Below are positions 50,116 to 59,052 of a stretch of DNA of 64,000 nt, piece by piece (the first letter of the stretch is position 1; each line of letters starts with the position of its first letter). The notes beneath the pieces were generated by a model. The model was not told where the DNA came from, searched no databases, and was given only the letters and a program-made list of their open reading frames with translations. The stretch lies in IMG/VR virus record IMGVR_UViG_3300048929_000741, positions 14,351 through 78,350 of that record; one strand, written 5' to 3'. A program made the translations under genes and the position numbers. Source of the DNA: a virus.

Positions 50116-50158
50116 AACATTCCCACATTTCCCATCCATAATATGTTATTATGATATC
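50116..50158 (+). promoter_or_regulatory. Late promoter motif copy 2
   Basis: First 20 bp identical to 32333-32352, then conserved ATAATATG and ATGATAT. Confidence 0.7.
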
Positions 50159-50347
50159 AGTGAAAAGTATATCAACGTGCGCTCGGCTCAGGCTGGGCGT
50201 ATTTTTCGTGGGTGGAATTATGGAAAAGAAAATTGAAAAACCAGAACAGAATAAAAAAGAAACTATTTGGAGGGACAGAAACTCACAACATCCTGAATGG
50301 AAGAGTTCAAGTGGAATGGTTTTTAAGTCTAAGAAGGTGAAAAGCGG

Positions 50348-51793
50348 ATGAATAAACGTAGCTTCGTAGATATCTGTAAAGGATCATTTGGACGTAAGGT
50401 AGCTTATACTGGCGCTTCAGTTATCACACCTGAAAATGTTTTAAAGGTAGTTGGTAGAGCAGTCGGTGTCTTGAACTATAACAGACCGTTCATTCGCTAC
50501 CTACATGATTATTACATGGGAGATCAACCGGTTTTATATCGAGAAAAAATTGTGCGCCCAGAAATAAATAATAAAACAGTTGAAAATCATGCTTTGGAAA
50601 TTGTTCGCTTTAAAACAGGGCAAACATACGGCGAGCCTATCCAATATGTAAGCCGCAAAAAGGATGATGCCATTAATAAAGCTGTTGATTCTCTTAATGA
50701 TTATATGAGGGACGCTCACAAGCAGGCGAGAGACATTGAACTCGGCACATGGCAAAGTTCTGTTGGAACCGCTTATAAGGCAACTTTAAAGGCAGTTAAA
50801 AATACGCCTGTTCCTTTCAGGATTCATGTCCCCACGCCTCTGAATACAATAATCGTGTATTCGTTGGAAGATGGACGCGATATGCTTTCTATTCAGCAGC
50901 TAAAGGATGAAAATGAGGAGCAATATTATCTTTGTTTTTCAGAGGATAAATATTTCATAATTAAAAATGGGCAAATAACAAAAGCCGGCATAAATGGGTT
51001 TGGAGGAATTCCATTAACGGAATATCCAAACAATCCGGATCGATTGTCAGATATTGAAATTGCTATTACGGCACTGGATCAGATAAATAAAATGCAGTCT
51101 GATCGAATGAATGGAATTGAGCAGTTTGTCCAGGCATTTATGCTTTTCAAAAACTGTGAAATCAACAAAGATGAATTTATAGAAATGAGCCAGTTGGGAG
51201 CAATACAGGTTAAAGATTCAGCGCAAACCAATAAGTCAGATGTAAAGCTTATGACTGCTGAGCTCAACCAGGAACAAACTCAGGTATCAAAAGATGATGT
51301 GTATCGTCAGGTTCTTGTAGTAGAGGGAATGCCAGATCGTCAGCAAAATTCCGGAGGAGATACTGGTCAGGCGGTGTACCTTAGAAATGGCTGGGATTTT
51401 GCAGAACAAAGGGCAAAGCTTGATGAACCATTTATCATTGAAGCGGAAAAGAAGCATTGTCAAATTGTTCTGAACATCATCAAGCAAACAACGAATGACG
51501 TCCCTTTGACTGTAAGAGATTTCGATGTAAAGATTACACGAAACTCTACAGATAACATGCTTGTCAAAGCTCAATCCTTAGATTATTTATTGAAAAATAA
51601 AGTGAATCCGTTAATTGCTTTAACAACTTGCGGTTTGTTTGGAGATCCTGAAAAAGTATGGATAATGAGCAAACCCTACATGGATACCATATTTAAAACT
51701 CAGGATCAGATTGATGTTGAAGCAGAAAAACAGAGAGCATATGAGTTGTTGAAGAGTCAACCAAATAATTCAGTTAAAACAGGAGAAGCGTAG
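50348..51793 (+). CDS. Portal protein (SPP1 gp6-like)
   Basis: YY.GDQ, NNK.V.NHA..IV.FK.G..YGEP, P..EYPNN...SD.E; 481 aa; first gene of head module. Confidence 0.9.
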   Translation: MNKRSFVDICKGSFGRKVAYTGASVITPENVLKVVGRAVGVLNYNRPFIRYLHDYYMGDQPVLYREKIVRPEINNKTVENHALEIVRFKTGQTYGEPIQYVSRKKDDAINKAVDSLNDYMRDAHKQARDIELGTWQSSVGTAYKATLKAVKNTPVPFRIHVPTPLNTIIVYSLEDGRDMLSIQQLKDENEEQYYLCFSEDKYFIIKNGQITKAGINGFGGIPLTEYPNNPDRLSDIEIAITALDQINKMQSDRMNGIEQFVQAFMLFKNCEINKDEFIEMSQLGAIQVKDSAQTNKSDVKLMTAELNQEQTQVSKDDVYRQVLVVEGMPDRQQNSGGDTGQAVYLRNGWDFAEQRAKLDEPFIIEAEKKHCQIVLNIIKQTTNDVPLTVRDFDVKITRNSTDNMLVKAQSLDYLLKNKVNPLIALTTCGLFGDPEKVWIMSKPYMDTIFKTQDQIDVEAEKQRAYELLKSQPNNSVKTGEA

Positions 51794-51897
51794 CAGCTTT
51801 TCTTTTTTTATTTAAAATTTGGAGCCATCCGTAAATGGCATAATCCAGCAGGTGCGACCTGCGTAACCAAAAGCGTGGATAAAAGGAGGAAATTATT

Positions 51898-52509
51898 ATG
51901 ACTAGAGAACAGGCTAAAAAAAATTTAATTGCCCTTGGAGTTGCTGAACCGACCGATGATCAGGTTACGAACTACCTAAATCAGCACAACGGAGAAGTGA
52001 AAAAAATCCAAGATGATGCTGATAAATGGAAAGAAGAAGCCAAAAAGGCTGGGGACCTGCAGACAAAGCTTGATGAAATTGAACAGCAAAATCTTACGGA
52101 ATTGGAAAAAGAAAAGAAGGCAAGGGAAACAGCTGAAAAAACAGCTGCTGACTTGCAAAAACAGCTTACACAGTCAGCTGTTCAAGGTATTTTCGCTAAG
52201 GCTAATTTATCTGGAGATGAGTTTTCAGGAATGCTAAATGCATTATCTACTATGGATTTAGAATCTGCCAAGACCAGTGCTGAAGCATTTGTAGCTGGAA
52301 TTTCTAAGCGAGATGAAGTAAATAAAACACAGTGGCAGAAAGAAACTTTTGAAAACACACCGAATCCAGGGGCTGGAGATCCACCGGCAAATACGGATCA
52401 GGGTAAGAAGAGTGCTGCGGCTGAATACGCAAAGCAGTATTCCCAGAATAAAAATCCGCAGCCAGTTGCAACACCTATTGTCGGCGCACAGCCGGAACCA
52501 TTAATTTAA
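51898..52509 (+). CDS. Capsid scaffolding protein
   Basis: Charged coiled coil; TPNPG tail; between portal and capsid. Confidence 0.75.
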   Translation: MTREQAKKNLIALGVAEPTDDQVTNYLNQHNGEVKKIQDDADKWKEEAKKAGDLQTKLDEIEQQNLTELEKEKKARETAEKTAADLQKQLTQSAVQGIFAKANLSGDEFSGMLNALSTMDLESAKTSAEAFVAGISKRDEVNKTQWQKETFENTPNPGAGDPPANTDQGKKSAAAEYAKQYSQNKNPQPVATPIVGAQPEPLI

Positions 52510-52521
52510 GGAGGATATGAC

Positions 52522-52866
52522 ATGGCTTACATGAAAGTGATTCAGGGAGAAACGCTCCCCAACTTTTTGGAAAGTGCCGTAGGATTGGTACAGAAAACTG
52601 AAATGGTTACTCAGGCAATGGCGACTACTGTAGACACCAAAAAACTGATTTATGGTGGAACGGCTTTCCCGTCTAATGACAGTAATGCAACAGGTATTGT
52701 TTTTGAGACTGTTGATATGATAGACGACACAAAGCGTCCTGCAAGTGTAATTAAAGCGGGCAGAATTTATGGAAACAGATTAAAGATCGAATTGACATCG
52801 GCAGCAAAAACAGCTTTGGCAGCAAAGGGGTTTGTTATCCTTGATGCTCCCGAAGTTGAATTTTAA
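52522..52866 (+). CDS. Head decoration-like protein
   Basis: G..FP.ND..A.GIV...VD pattern; precedes capsid. Confidence 0.6.
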   Translation: MAYMKVIQGETLPNFLESAVGLVQKTEMVTQAMATTVDTKKLIYGGTAFPSNDSNATGIVFETVDMIDDTKRPASVIKAGRIYGNRLKIELTSAAKTALAAKGFVILDAPEVEF

Positions 52867-52881
52867 TCAGGAGGTACTAAG

Positions 52882-54201
52882 ATGCCATTTAATGTATTGG
52901 ACGCTATTAGCGTAGAAGAAAGATTGAGCTTTGCTCAGAACTTTGCGGTTGCAAGACCAACGGTTCTGGATACCATTTTCCCGGATATAAAGACCCAGCA
53001 TTTTAAAGCTGAGTACTACCGATTAATGCAGGGCCAGAACCTGCCAACTCCAGCATATGTACATGCTCTGGATACAGAAGCTCATATCGGCACCCGTCCT
53101 ACATTCGAGAAGGTGTTGACCGAAAAACTCTTCATTAAAGAGAAGATCAATCAGTCAGAGCAGATTCAGATGTACATTACCAATGGTGTGCCTGATGATG
53201 ATGGTTTAATTAAGTGGGTATTTGATGATATGGGCCGTTTATCTGACAGTGTTGTTACCAGAACTAAGATTGCTAAAGGAAATGTAATGAGTACTGGAAT
53301 CATGAAAATCAAGGAAAACAACCTTGATATGACTATTGATTTCGGGATTCCTGCTGAGCAGAAGATTAACTTTGGTGATTGGTCTGATCCGGAATATGAT
53401 ATCTTTTCGGACATCCAAAAAGCCGTTAAGATCCTAAAAGATCAGGGGAAGATTGCTAATCGTATGCTGACCTCTGACACACAGGTGCAGCGTATGAGAA
53501 AAAATAGATCCATGCAAATTGCCATTTATGGTGCAACCAATGTTGGGAAACTGGTGACCATGGCTGAATTGCAGAGAATGTTACAGGAAGAATTTAAACT
53601 GCAGGTAATCTCATGTGATGAAATGTTTGCCTATGTAAAATCGAATGGCTCCAAAGCAAACAAGAGATACTTTGATGAAGATAAAATAACCTTTTATACT
53701 GCCGATGTTGCTGGTAGTGTTGGTATTGGTCTCTGGGGCCCAACTCCTGAAGAATCTGAATATACGGCATTCCAGGAAGCTTTGGAGAAGATGTTTGTCA
53801 CAGTAACTATGTGGTCCACAAAGGATCCCGTAGCCAAGTGGACAAAGGCTTCTGGTATGTTTATTCCCGTATTACCAGATCCTTACGGAATTGTAATTGC
53901 AACTGTTTTAACTGGATCTATAACGCTTGGGACGTTGACGGTTAGCTCTGCCGCCGGTACAGCTTCTGGAGATACCAAAGTAACTGTTTCCCCGACAAAG
54001 GAAAGCGGAAATCTTTATAAATACAAAGTTGCTGATGCAGCTACCACAGTAATTTATGGTCAGAATGTGCAGACATGGTCAGCATGGGATGGAAGCGCAG
54101 ATATTACAGCGATAACCGGTAAGGTAATTACCATTGTTGAATGTGATTCCACCTACAAAGCCATTAAGGCAGGTAATGCAACAGTAACAGCTAAGGCGTA
54201 A
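52882..54201 (+). CDS. Major capsid protein with C-terminal Ig-like extension
   Basis: W.DP..DI..DI, G.WG.TPEE, DPV..WTKAS capsid-E-like motifs; Thr/Ala-rich C-domain. Confidence 0.88.
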   Translation: MPFNVLDAISVEERLSFAQNFAVARPTVLDTIFPDIKTQHFKAEYYRLMQGQNLPTPAYVHALDTEAHIGTRPTFEKVLTEKLFIKEKINQSEQIQMYITNGVPDDDGLIKWVFDDMGRLSDSVVTRTKIAKGNVMSTGIMKIKENNLDMTIDFGIPAEQKINFGDWSDPEYDIFSDIQKAVKILKDQGKIANRMLTSDTQVQRMRKNRSMQIAIYGATNVGKLVTMAELQRMLQEEFKLQVISCDEMFAYVKSNGSKANKRYFDEDKITFYTADVAGSVGIGLWGPTPEESEYTAFQEALEKMFVTVTMWSTKDPVAKWTKASGMFIPVLPDPYGIVIATVLTGSITLGTLTVSSAAGTASGDTKVTVSPTKESGNLYKYKVADAATTVIYGQNVQTWSAWDGSADITAITGKVITIVECDSTYKAIKAGNATVTAKA

Positions 54202-54218
54202 GAAAGGTGGTGTGGTGA

Positions 54219-54539
54219 GTGGAAGCGGATATTCTGGCTGATGTAAGTACATATCTTGGTGACGAAGTAAGTGAACAGGATAATCCGGTTCTGCTCATTC
54301 TCATCAATCGGGCAATTCGCAAGGTATGCTCTAAGCGTTATCCCTATGGGTATACTGACGCGCAAAAGGAAGCGGCGGTTTCAAAGTACCGGGATGTGGT
54401 CTTTGATGGTGCTGTTTATTATTGGGCCAAGCAGGGGAGTGAGGGTCAGAATTCTCATTCTGAAAACGGGATTTCCCGTGGTTATCAGAGTGAAGATGAC
54501 CTTTACTTTGATGTGGTTCCTATGGCAAAGACTTTATAA
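54219..54539 (+). CDS. Head-tail connector protein
   Basis: G.EGQ.SHSENGISR.Y. Confidence 0.85.
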   Translation: MEADILADVSTYLGDEVSEQDNPVLLILINRAIRKVCSKRYPYGYTDAQKEAAVSKYRDVVFDGAVYYWAKQGSEGQNSHSENGISRGYQSEDDLYFDVVPMAKTL

Positions 54540-54717
54540 CTTATATTTTAGACGGTGCGTGTCTGGCTAACCTCCCGGCCAGACGCAGGGTGCATATCGG
54601 AATAATGGTGGTGGGCAGATATGCTTATAATGTCTGGGAGACAGTGAAAATGGAACTAATAACAAGATATATTGATATATCGGTATAAAACTAAGGTGGA
54701 TTTGAAGGGAGACTAAA

Positions 54718-55083
54718 ATGAGAGAATTGTCAACGATTCAGAAAAGAGAAAAGTTAAACAGAGTCTTTGCGGTAGATGGTGAAGGTCCGGGCGGTGCAAA
54801 CCATGAATATTTGATAGTGTCTGATTCTGGTCTTGCGGAGCCGAAAGAACAGAAAATCGAATTGCAGAAAGGACCTCGCAAAGAAGAGGACTCACATCAT
54901 GGCGTTATTGACACAGATTTATTGGAAATTGTGCGTGACAGATTAAAGAACTTTCAGGCTGGACCATTCTCTTCCAGAGAAAATGCCTGTGCTCTTACTC
55001 ACATTGAAGAGGCTCTTATGTGGCTTAATCGTAGGGTTGAGGACAGAATTGAGAGAGAAGTTCTTGGTCTTAATCAGAAATAA
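54718..55083 (+). CDS. tad1: Tad1 anti-Thoeris signal-sequestering protein
   Basis: [65 protein letters not shown] match clostridial Tad1 as recalled. Confidence 0.85.
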   Translation: MRELSTIQKREKLNRVFAVDGEGPGGANHEYLIVSDSGLAEPKEQKIELQKGPRKEEDSHHGVIDTDLLEIVRDRLKNFQAGPFSSRENACALTHIEEALMWLNRRVEDRIEREVLGLNQK

Positions 55084-55167
55084 TAAATATATTGACTTGG
55101 TTATTGTAAATAGTTCCTTCCAAAAACTTCCTTTCTGTCGTATAATTGCGGTAAGGGGGAATGTGGC

Positions 55168-55830
55168 ATGGAAATAAAAGAAGTGTTCGAGATTGCCGGG
55201 GCCATATTGGCTAGTTTAGGTGGCGGTTCTGCGATTGTTTTAAGTTTTTCTAGCTGGTTTGGAAAAGTGTGGGCCAATAGGATTCTTGAGAAAGAAAAAG
55301 CAGAGCATAGCAAAGACTTGGAGCAATATAAAAGAGAACTATCAGAGGAGTTAGAAAAGGTAAAGTCTTTAAATGATAAAGCACTCTATGTATCTAAAGT
55401 TCAATATGATAATGAATATAGAATATATTTAGAGATATGGTCAGCTTTAAATGAGGCTATTATTTTTTCCGAGATGCTTTATCCTATTGTGGAAAAAACA
55501 CCAGAAGATAAAGAAGAAAAACAAAAATTTAAGGAAGAGAAATATAAAAAATTTGCAGAAAAATATAATTTATATTCCTTCTTGATTGATAAGTATGCTC
55601 CATTCTATAAAAAAGAGTTTTATGATTCATTTAAAGAAGTTAGAAAATTATGTAGTAACTTGGGAAATACCTTTGAAATTTATGAATTGGATTTAAAATC
55701 TAATGAGTCCAAAGATGCTGATTTACGTAAAGAAATTTACAGAGACATTCCACAAGAATTAGAAAAACTTAAAGATGATTTGCAACAAAAAATCAGGGAT
55801 TATTTATTGAGTTTGCAATTAACTGTATAA
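55168..55830 (+). CDS. Membrane-anchored moron protein
   Basis: N-terminal TM, coiled coil; own promoter (TATAAT 55141) and terminator 55837-55865. Confidence 0.7.
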   Translation: MEIKEVFEIAGAILASLGGGSAIVLSFSSWFGKVWANRILEKEKAEHSKDLEQYKRELSEELEKVKSLNDKALYVSKVQYDNEYRIYLEIWSALNEAIIFSEMLYPIVEKTPEDKEEKQKFKEEKYKKFAEKYNLYSFLIDKYAPFYKKEFYDSFKEVRKLCSNLGNTFEIYELDLKSNESKDADLRKEIYRDIPQELEKLKDDLQQKIRDYLLSLQLTV

Positions 55831-55887
55831 AGTGAGAGCAGAGAGGAAGTCTTCTCTGCTTTTTATGTTAGAAAAAAAGAAGGCGGT

Positions 55888-56307
55888 ATGGTGCGTGCTT
55901 TAAAAAGAAATCAAAAAACATTATATTACCAACTCTATTCGGAGCATATCCCGGTCTATGAGACCGATTTGGACGGAAATATCATCTATGACCCGGTGAC
56001 AGGCGAACCGCTCCTTACTGGAGATTATACGGTTGGCTATGCGGACCCGGTAAAGTTCGAGGCGAATGTATCCCCGGCACGGTCCGAAGCCCAGACAGAG
56101 CCTTTCGGAGTGAATACCGATTATGATAAAGTGATATGCTCCTGTGACCTTGCTCTTCCAATTGATGAGTTGTCACAAGTATTTGTTGACCGGAAGCCGG
56201 AGGCCGGCAAAGGAGCAGATTATAAGGTTGTCAAAGTGGCACGGAGTATTAATTCCGTGCTTTTTGCTATTAAACAGTTGCCAGACGGAGGTACGGCGAA
56301 TGGCTAA
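55888..56307 (+). CDS. Head closure/stopper-like protein
   Basis: L.RN...YY, ANVS, FG...DYD, ADY.V..V. Confidence 0.7.
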   Translation: MVRALKRNQKTLYYQLYSEHIPVYETDLDGNIIYDPVTGEPLLTGDYTVGYADPVKFEANVSPARSEAQTEPFGVNTDYDKVICSCDLALPIDELSQVFVDRKPEAGKGADYKVVKVARSINSVLFAIKQLPDGGTANG

Positions 56308-56653
56308 GTATAAAAAGAAACCAGTGGTGATAGAAGCTTTTAGATTCCAGATTGATGATGTAATGCCAGACTGGTTCAATAAAAAGCGAATCACAAATGA
56401 AATTATAACTCGTGAAGATGGAACGTGTGATATAAAAACTCTTGAAGGAACAATGAGAGCGGATAAAGGTGATTATGTAATCTTGGGAGTGAAGAGCGAA
56501 GTATACCCCTGTAAGCCTGATATCTTTGAAGCAACCTATGAAAAGGTTTTGCCTTTATCTCCATTACTGGAAAATCAAAAAATAGATGTTGGGTTCATGA
56601 CTGATGAAGAATGGAAAAAACATCTTGATGAATTGAAATGTCAAAGCGAGTAA
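56300..56653 (+). CDS. Conserved small phage protein (KKPVVIEA...TLEG...YPCKPDIF family)
   Basis: Motif pattern; ATG 56300 after GGAGG. Confidence 0.7.
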   Translation: MAKYKKKPVVIEAFRFQIDDVMPDWFNKKRITNEIITREDGTCDIKTLEGTMRADKGDYVILGVKSEVYPCKPDIFEATYEKVLPLSPLLENQKIDVGFMTDEEWKKHLDELKCQSE

Positions 56654-57171
56654 TCCGAGGAAACTTCTCCTCAAAAGGAATCCAGGATATCATAAATCAG
56701 CTTGAGCAGTACAAAGCCGATTTGCACCGGAAAGCTGAACTGCTATACCAACGTTTGGCAGAAGTCGGCCAGACAGTGGCTTTGCAAAGCATTAATGATT
56801 CACCCTTGGGGAAGACAATAACCCTGAGAATAGAAATGGCTCCCAGACCTGAAGGTTGTAAAGCTATACTGGTTGCCGCCGGGCAAACTAAATCCAATGA
56901 CCACGGAAATATAAATACATTACTTCTTGTTGAGTTTGGATCCGGTATCCGGTTAAATGCCAACGAGAATCCTAAAGCTGGTGAATTTGGCATGGGTGTG
57001 GGTACGTATCCCGGGCAGATTCATGCTTTCGACCCAGATGGTTGGTATTACTGGGGAGAAGACGAAAAATGGCATCATACATACGGTACAAAAGCCACAA
57101 TGCCAATGTATAATGCATCTGTGGCTATTCGTACGCAGGTGGCAACTATCACAAAGGAGGTATTTCAGTAA
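56638..57171 (+). CDS. Neck/tail completion protein (HK97 gp10-like)
   Basis: VEFGSG, W.Y, T.G..A.MPMY. Confidence 0.7.
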   Translation: MSKRVIRGNFSSKGIQDIINQLEQYKADLHRKAELLYQRLAEVGQTVALQSINDSPLGKTITLRIEMAPRPEGCKAILVAAGQTKSNDHGNINTLLLVEFGSGIRLNANENPKAGEFGMGVGTYPGQIHAFDPDGWYYWGEDEKWHHTYGTKATMPMYNASVAIRTQVATITKEVFQ

Positions 57172-57554
57172 TGCTTGATATTTCCTCTTTGGTTTATACC
57201 CGTTTGGTGAATAATGAAACACTTAAAAAACACCTCAAAGGAAGTGGAACTACGAGGAATGATAAACCTTCGGAATTCCCCTACTTATATTTCAAGAGCC
57301 TGGGACAGCCGACAATAAGCAGTTCCTTGCAGAATAAGCAATGTGCCATATCAGCGGACTTTGAAATTACCATTTATGATTCCGGTTCTTCCAGTAAGGC
57401 AAAACAATTGATTTTCCTTGCAGCAGATATTATGACAGAGCTTGGATTCGCTTTAAAATATGGTCCGTTAGAAATGGACCGTTCAAATACATCAGAAGCA
57501 TATCGTTGGATTGCAAGGTTTCATAGAACATACTGCGACGGCGATTTGATCTAA
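57171..57554 (+). CDS. Tail terminator protein
   Basis: FPY.Y, M..LGF, R..ARF; precedes tail tube. Confidence 0.7.
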   Translation: MLDISSLVYTRLVNNETLKKHLKGSGTTRNDKPSEFPYLYFKSLGQPTISSSLQNKQCAISADFEITIYDSGSSSKAKQLIFLAADIMTELGFALKYGPLEMDRSNTSEAYRWIARFHRTYCDGDLI

Positions 57555-57628
57555 AAAATATGAGCAATTAACTTTGAACTTTGCTTAATGGCGAGGTTCT
57601 TTTTTGTGCAAAAAGGAGGATATGACCT

Positions 57629-58111
57629 ATGGCAAAAGCTGTAGATTTATCAACTGCGGGTATCCATGTTGGATATGGAATAGAAACAACTGCCGGGACA
57701 AAGCCCACGGCTTTCACTGATCTGCCAAATCCTAAAAGTATTCCTGATGTAAATCCGGAAGTCGGTACCTATGATGTAACGTCTTTGAATGATACTGAAT
57801 GGAAACGTTATATCGAGGGATTAAAAGATGTTGGCGGCGCTTTGGCAATTACATTCGGCATGTCTCAGGTATTTCTTGATATGTGGGAAGATATTTGTGA
57901 CCAATATGAAACAGCCAGAGACGCCGACAAGAGAATGTGGATTGAGTTTTACCACCCTAGATTAACAAAAGGATTTTTCTTCACCTGTACACCTACCAGA
58001 ATGGGCTGGGCGGCTTCTGATGTTGACAGCGCATGGGATACCAGTGTTTCTGTAACTCCTACAGGAGAAATTGGCTGGACCACAGCCGTTGAGCCTACTG
58101 AAGCAGCTTAA
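57629..58111 (+). CDS. Major tail tube protein
   Basis: DVTSL.D...RYI.GL.D.GG. Confidence 0.85.
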   Translation: MAKAVDLSTAGIHVGYGIETTAGTKPTAFTDLPNPKSIPDVNPEVGTYDVTSLNDTEWKRYIEGLKDVGGALAITFGMSQVFLDMWEDICDQYETARDADKRMWIEFYHPRLTKGFFFTCTPTRMGWAASDVDSAWDTSVSVTPTGEIGWTTAVEPTEAA

Positions 58112-58135
58112 TAATTAAGAGGGAGGTATTTAGAT

Positions 58136-58639
58136 ATGAAGGTTTTAACAATTGGAGGCAAGGACTATAAAGTAGAGTTCTCCTTTGAAGCCGCAGAATA
58201 TAAAGACTGTGTTGACAAGATATTCAAGATTGTCTCTGGCAGCTACATAATGAAGAATGGTCCATCTGAAGATGGTGAAAAGGTATCTATGGCGACAGCG
58301 TTTGTGGACGGAACATCTGACATGGTTTCCGACATTCCCAAAATCGCGGTTACAGCCCTTTATGCTGGCTTACTGGAAAATAATCCTGTAGAGAATGAAC
58401 AGGAGACTAAAGCTCTGTTTAAGCAGTTTGTCAAAGAGAATCCAGATGATGAGCGCGCTTCTTTCTGGGGAATGTATGATTTCTTAAGGGAATGTATGGA
58501 AGATGATGGTTTTTTCAAACTCACCGGAATGGACAAGGTGATTGCCAAGATGAACGAAGCGGCAGAGGAAGCGGATCAGAAGTCCAAATCCGGGAAGATT
58601 CCACAGGATCACAAAAAGAAGTCAACTTCCACGAAATAA
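58136..58639 (+). CDS. Tail assembly chaperone
   Basis: Position between tube and tape measure; DDGFFK. Confidence 0.75.
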   Translation: MKVLTIGGKDYKVEFSFEAAEYKDCVDKIFKIVSGSYIMKNGPSEDGEKVSMATAFVDGTSDMVSDIPKIAVTALYAGLLENNPVENEQETKALFKQFVKENPDDERASFWGMYDFLRECMEDDGFFKLTGMDKVIAKMNEAAEEADQKSKSGKIPQDHKKKSTSTK

Positions 58640-59001
58640 TCTGGGAACAGTTTTTGCCAGCAGCTTTAGTAATGGAGGTTCCTTATGATTTATTCTGGCA
58701 TTTGAATCCTCGAAAGCTGTTGCCTTTTGCAGAAGCCTATCGAAGAAAACAGCAAGTTCGCAGTAATGAAATGTGGCTCATGGGTCAATATGTTGCTTCA
58801 GCTTTGGATGCTACAGTATGCAATGCTATGCCATTTATTAAACGAAAGCGGAAAGGTAAGTATTTTGAAGAACCAATTCGAGTAACACCAAAGACAGAAG
58901 AAGAGAAGAAAATGGAAGAAGATAAGGCCCTACAAAGCTTTTTGGGTTTTGCTGGTGCATTTGAAAAAGATGTTAAAAGAAGAAATGGAAAAGGCGAGTG
59001 A
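58510..59001 (+). CDS. Tail chaperone -1 frameshift extension
   Basis: -1 frame open from 58510 to 59001; slippery candidates T-TTT-TTC (58510) and C-AAA-AAG (58612). Confidence 0.65.
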   Translation, partial: FFQTHRNGQGDCQDERSGRGSGSEVQIREDSTGSQKEVNFHEIIWEQFLPAALVMEVPYDLFWHLNPRKLLPFAEAYRRKQQVRSNEMWLMGQYVASALDATVCNAMPFIKRKRKGKYFEEPIRVTPKTEEEKKMEEDKALQSFLGFAGAFEKDVKRRNGKGE

Positions 59002-59052
59002 TGGGCGAAAATTCACTCGCCTTTTTTTGTATGTGTAAAGGGTGGTGAAACC

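Noticed and set aside
56300-56653. Labelling this protein Tad2
   Set aside because: It lacks the R.GWNG and W.PSQ.D.LA.DW motifs I associate with Tad2/DUF2829.
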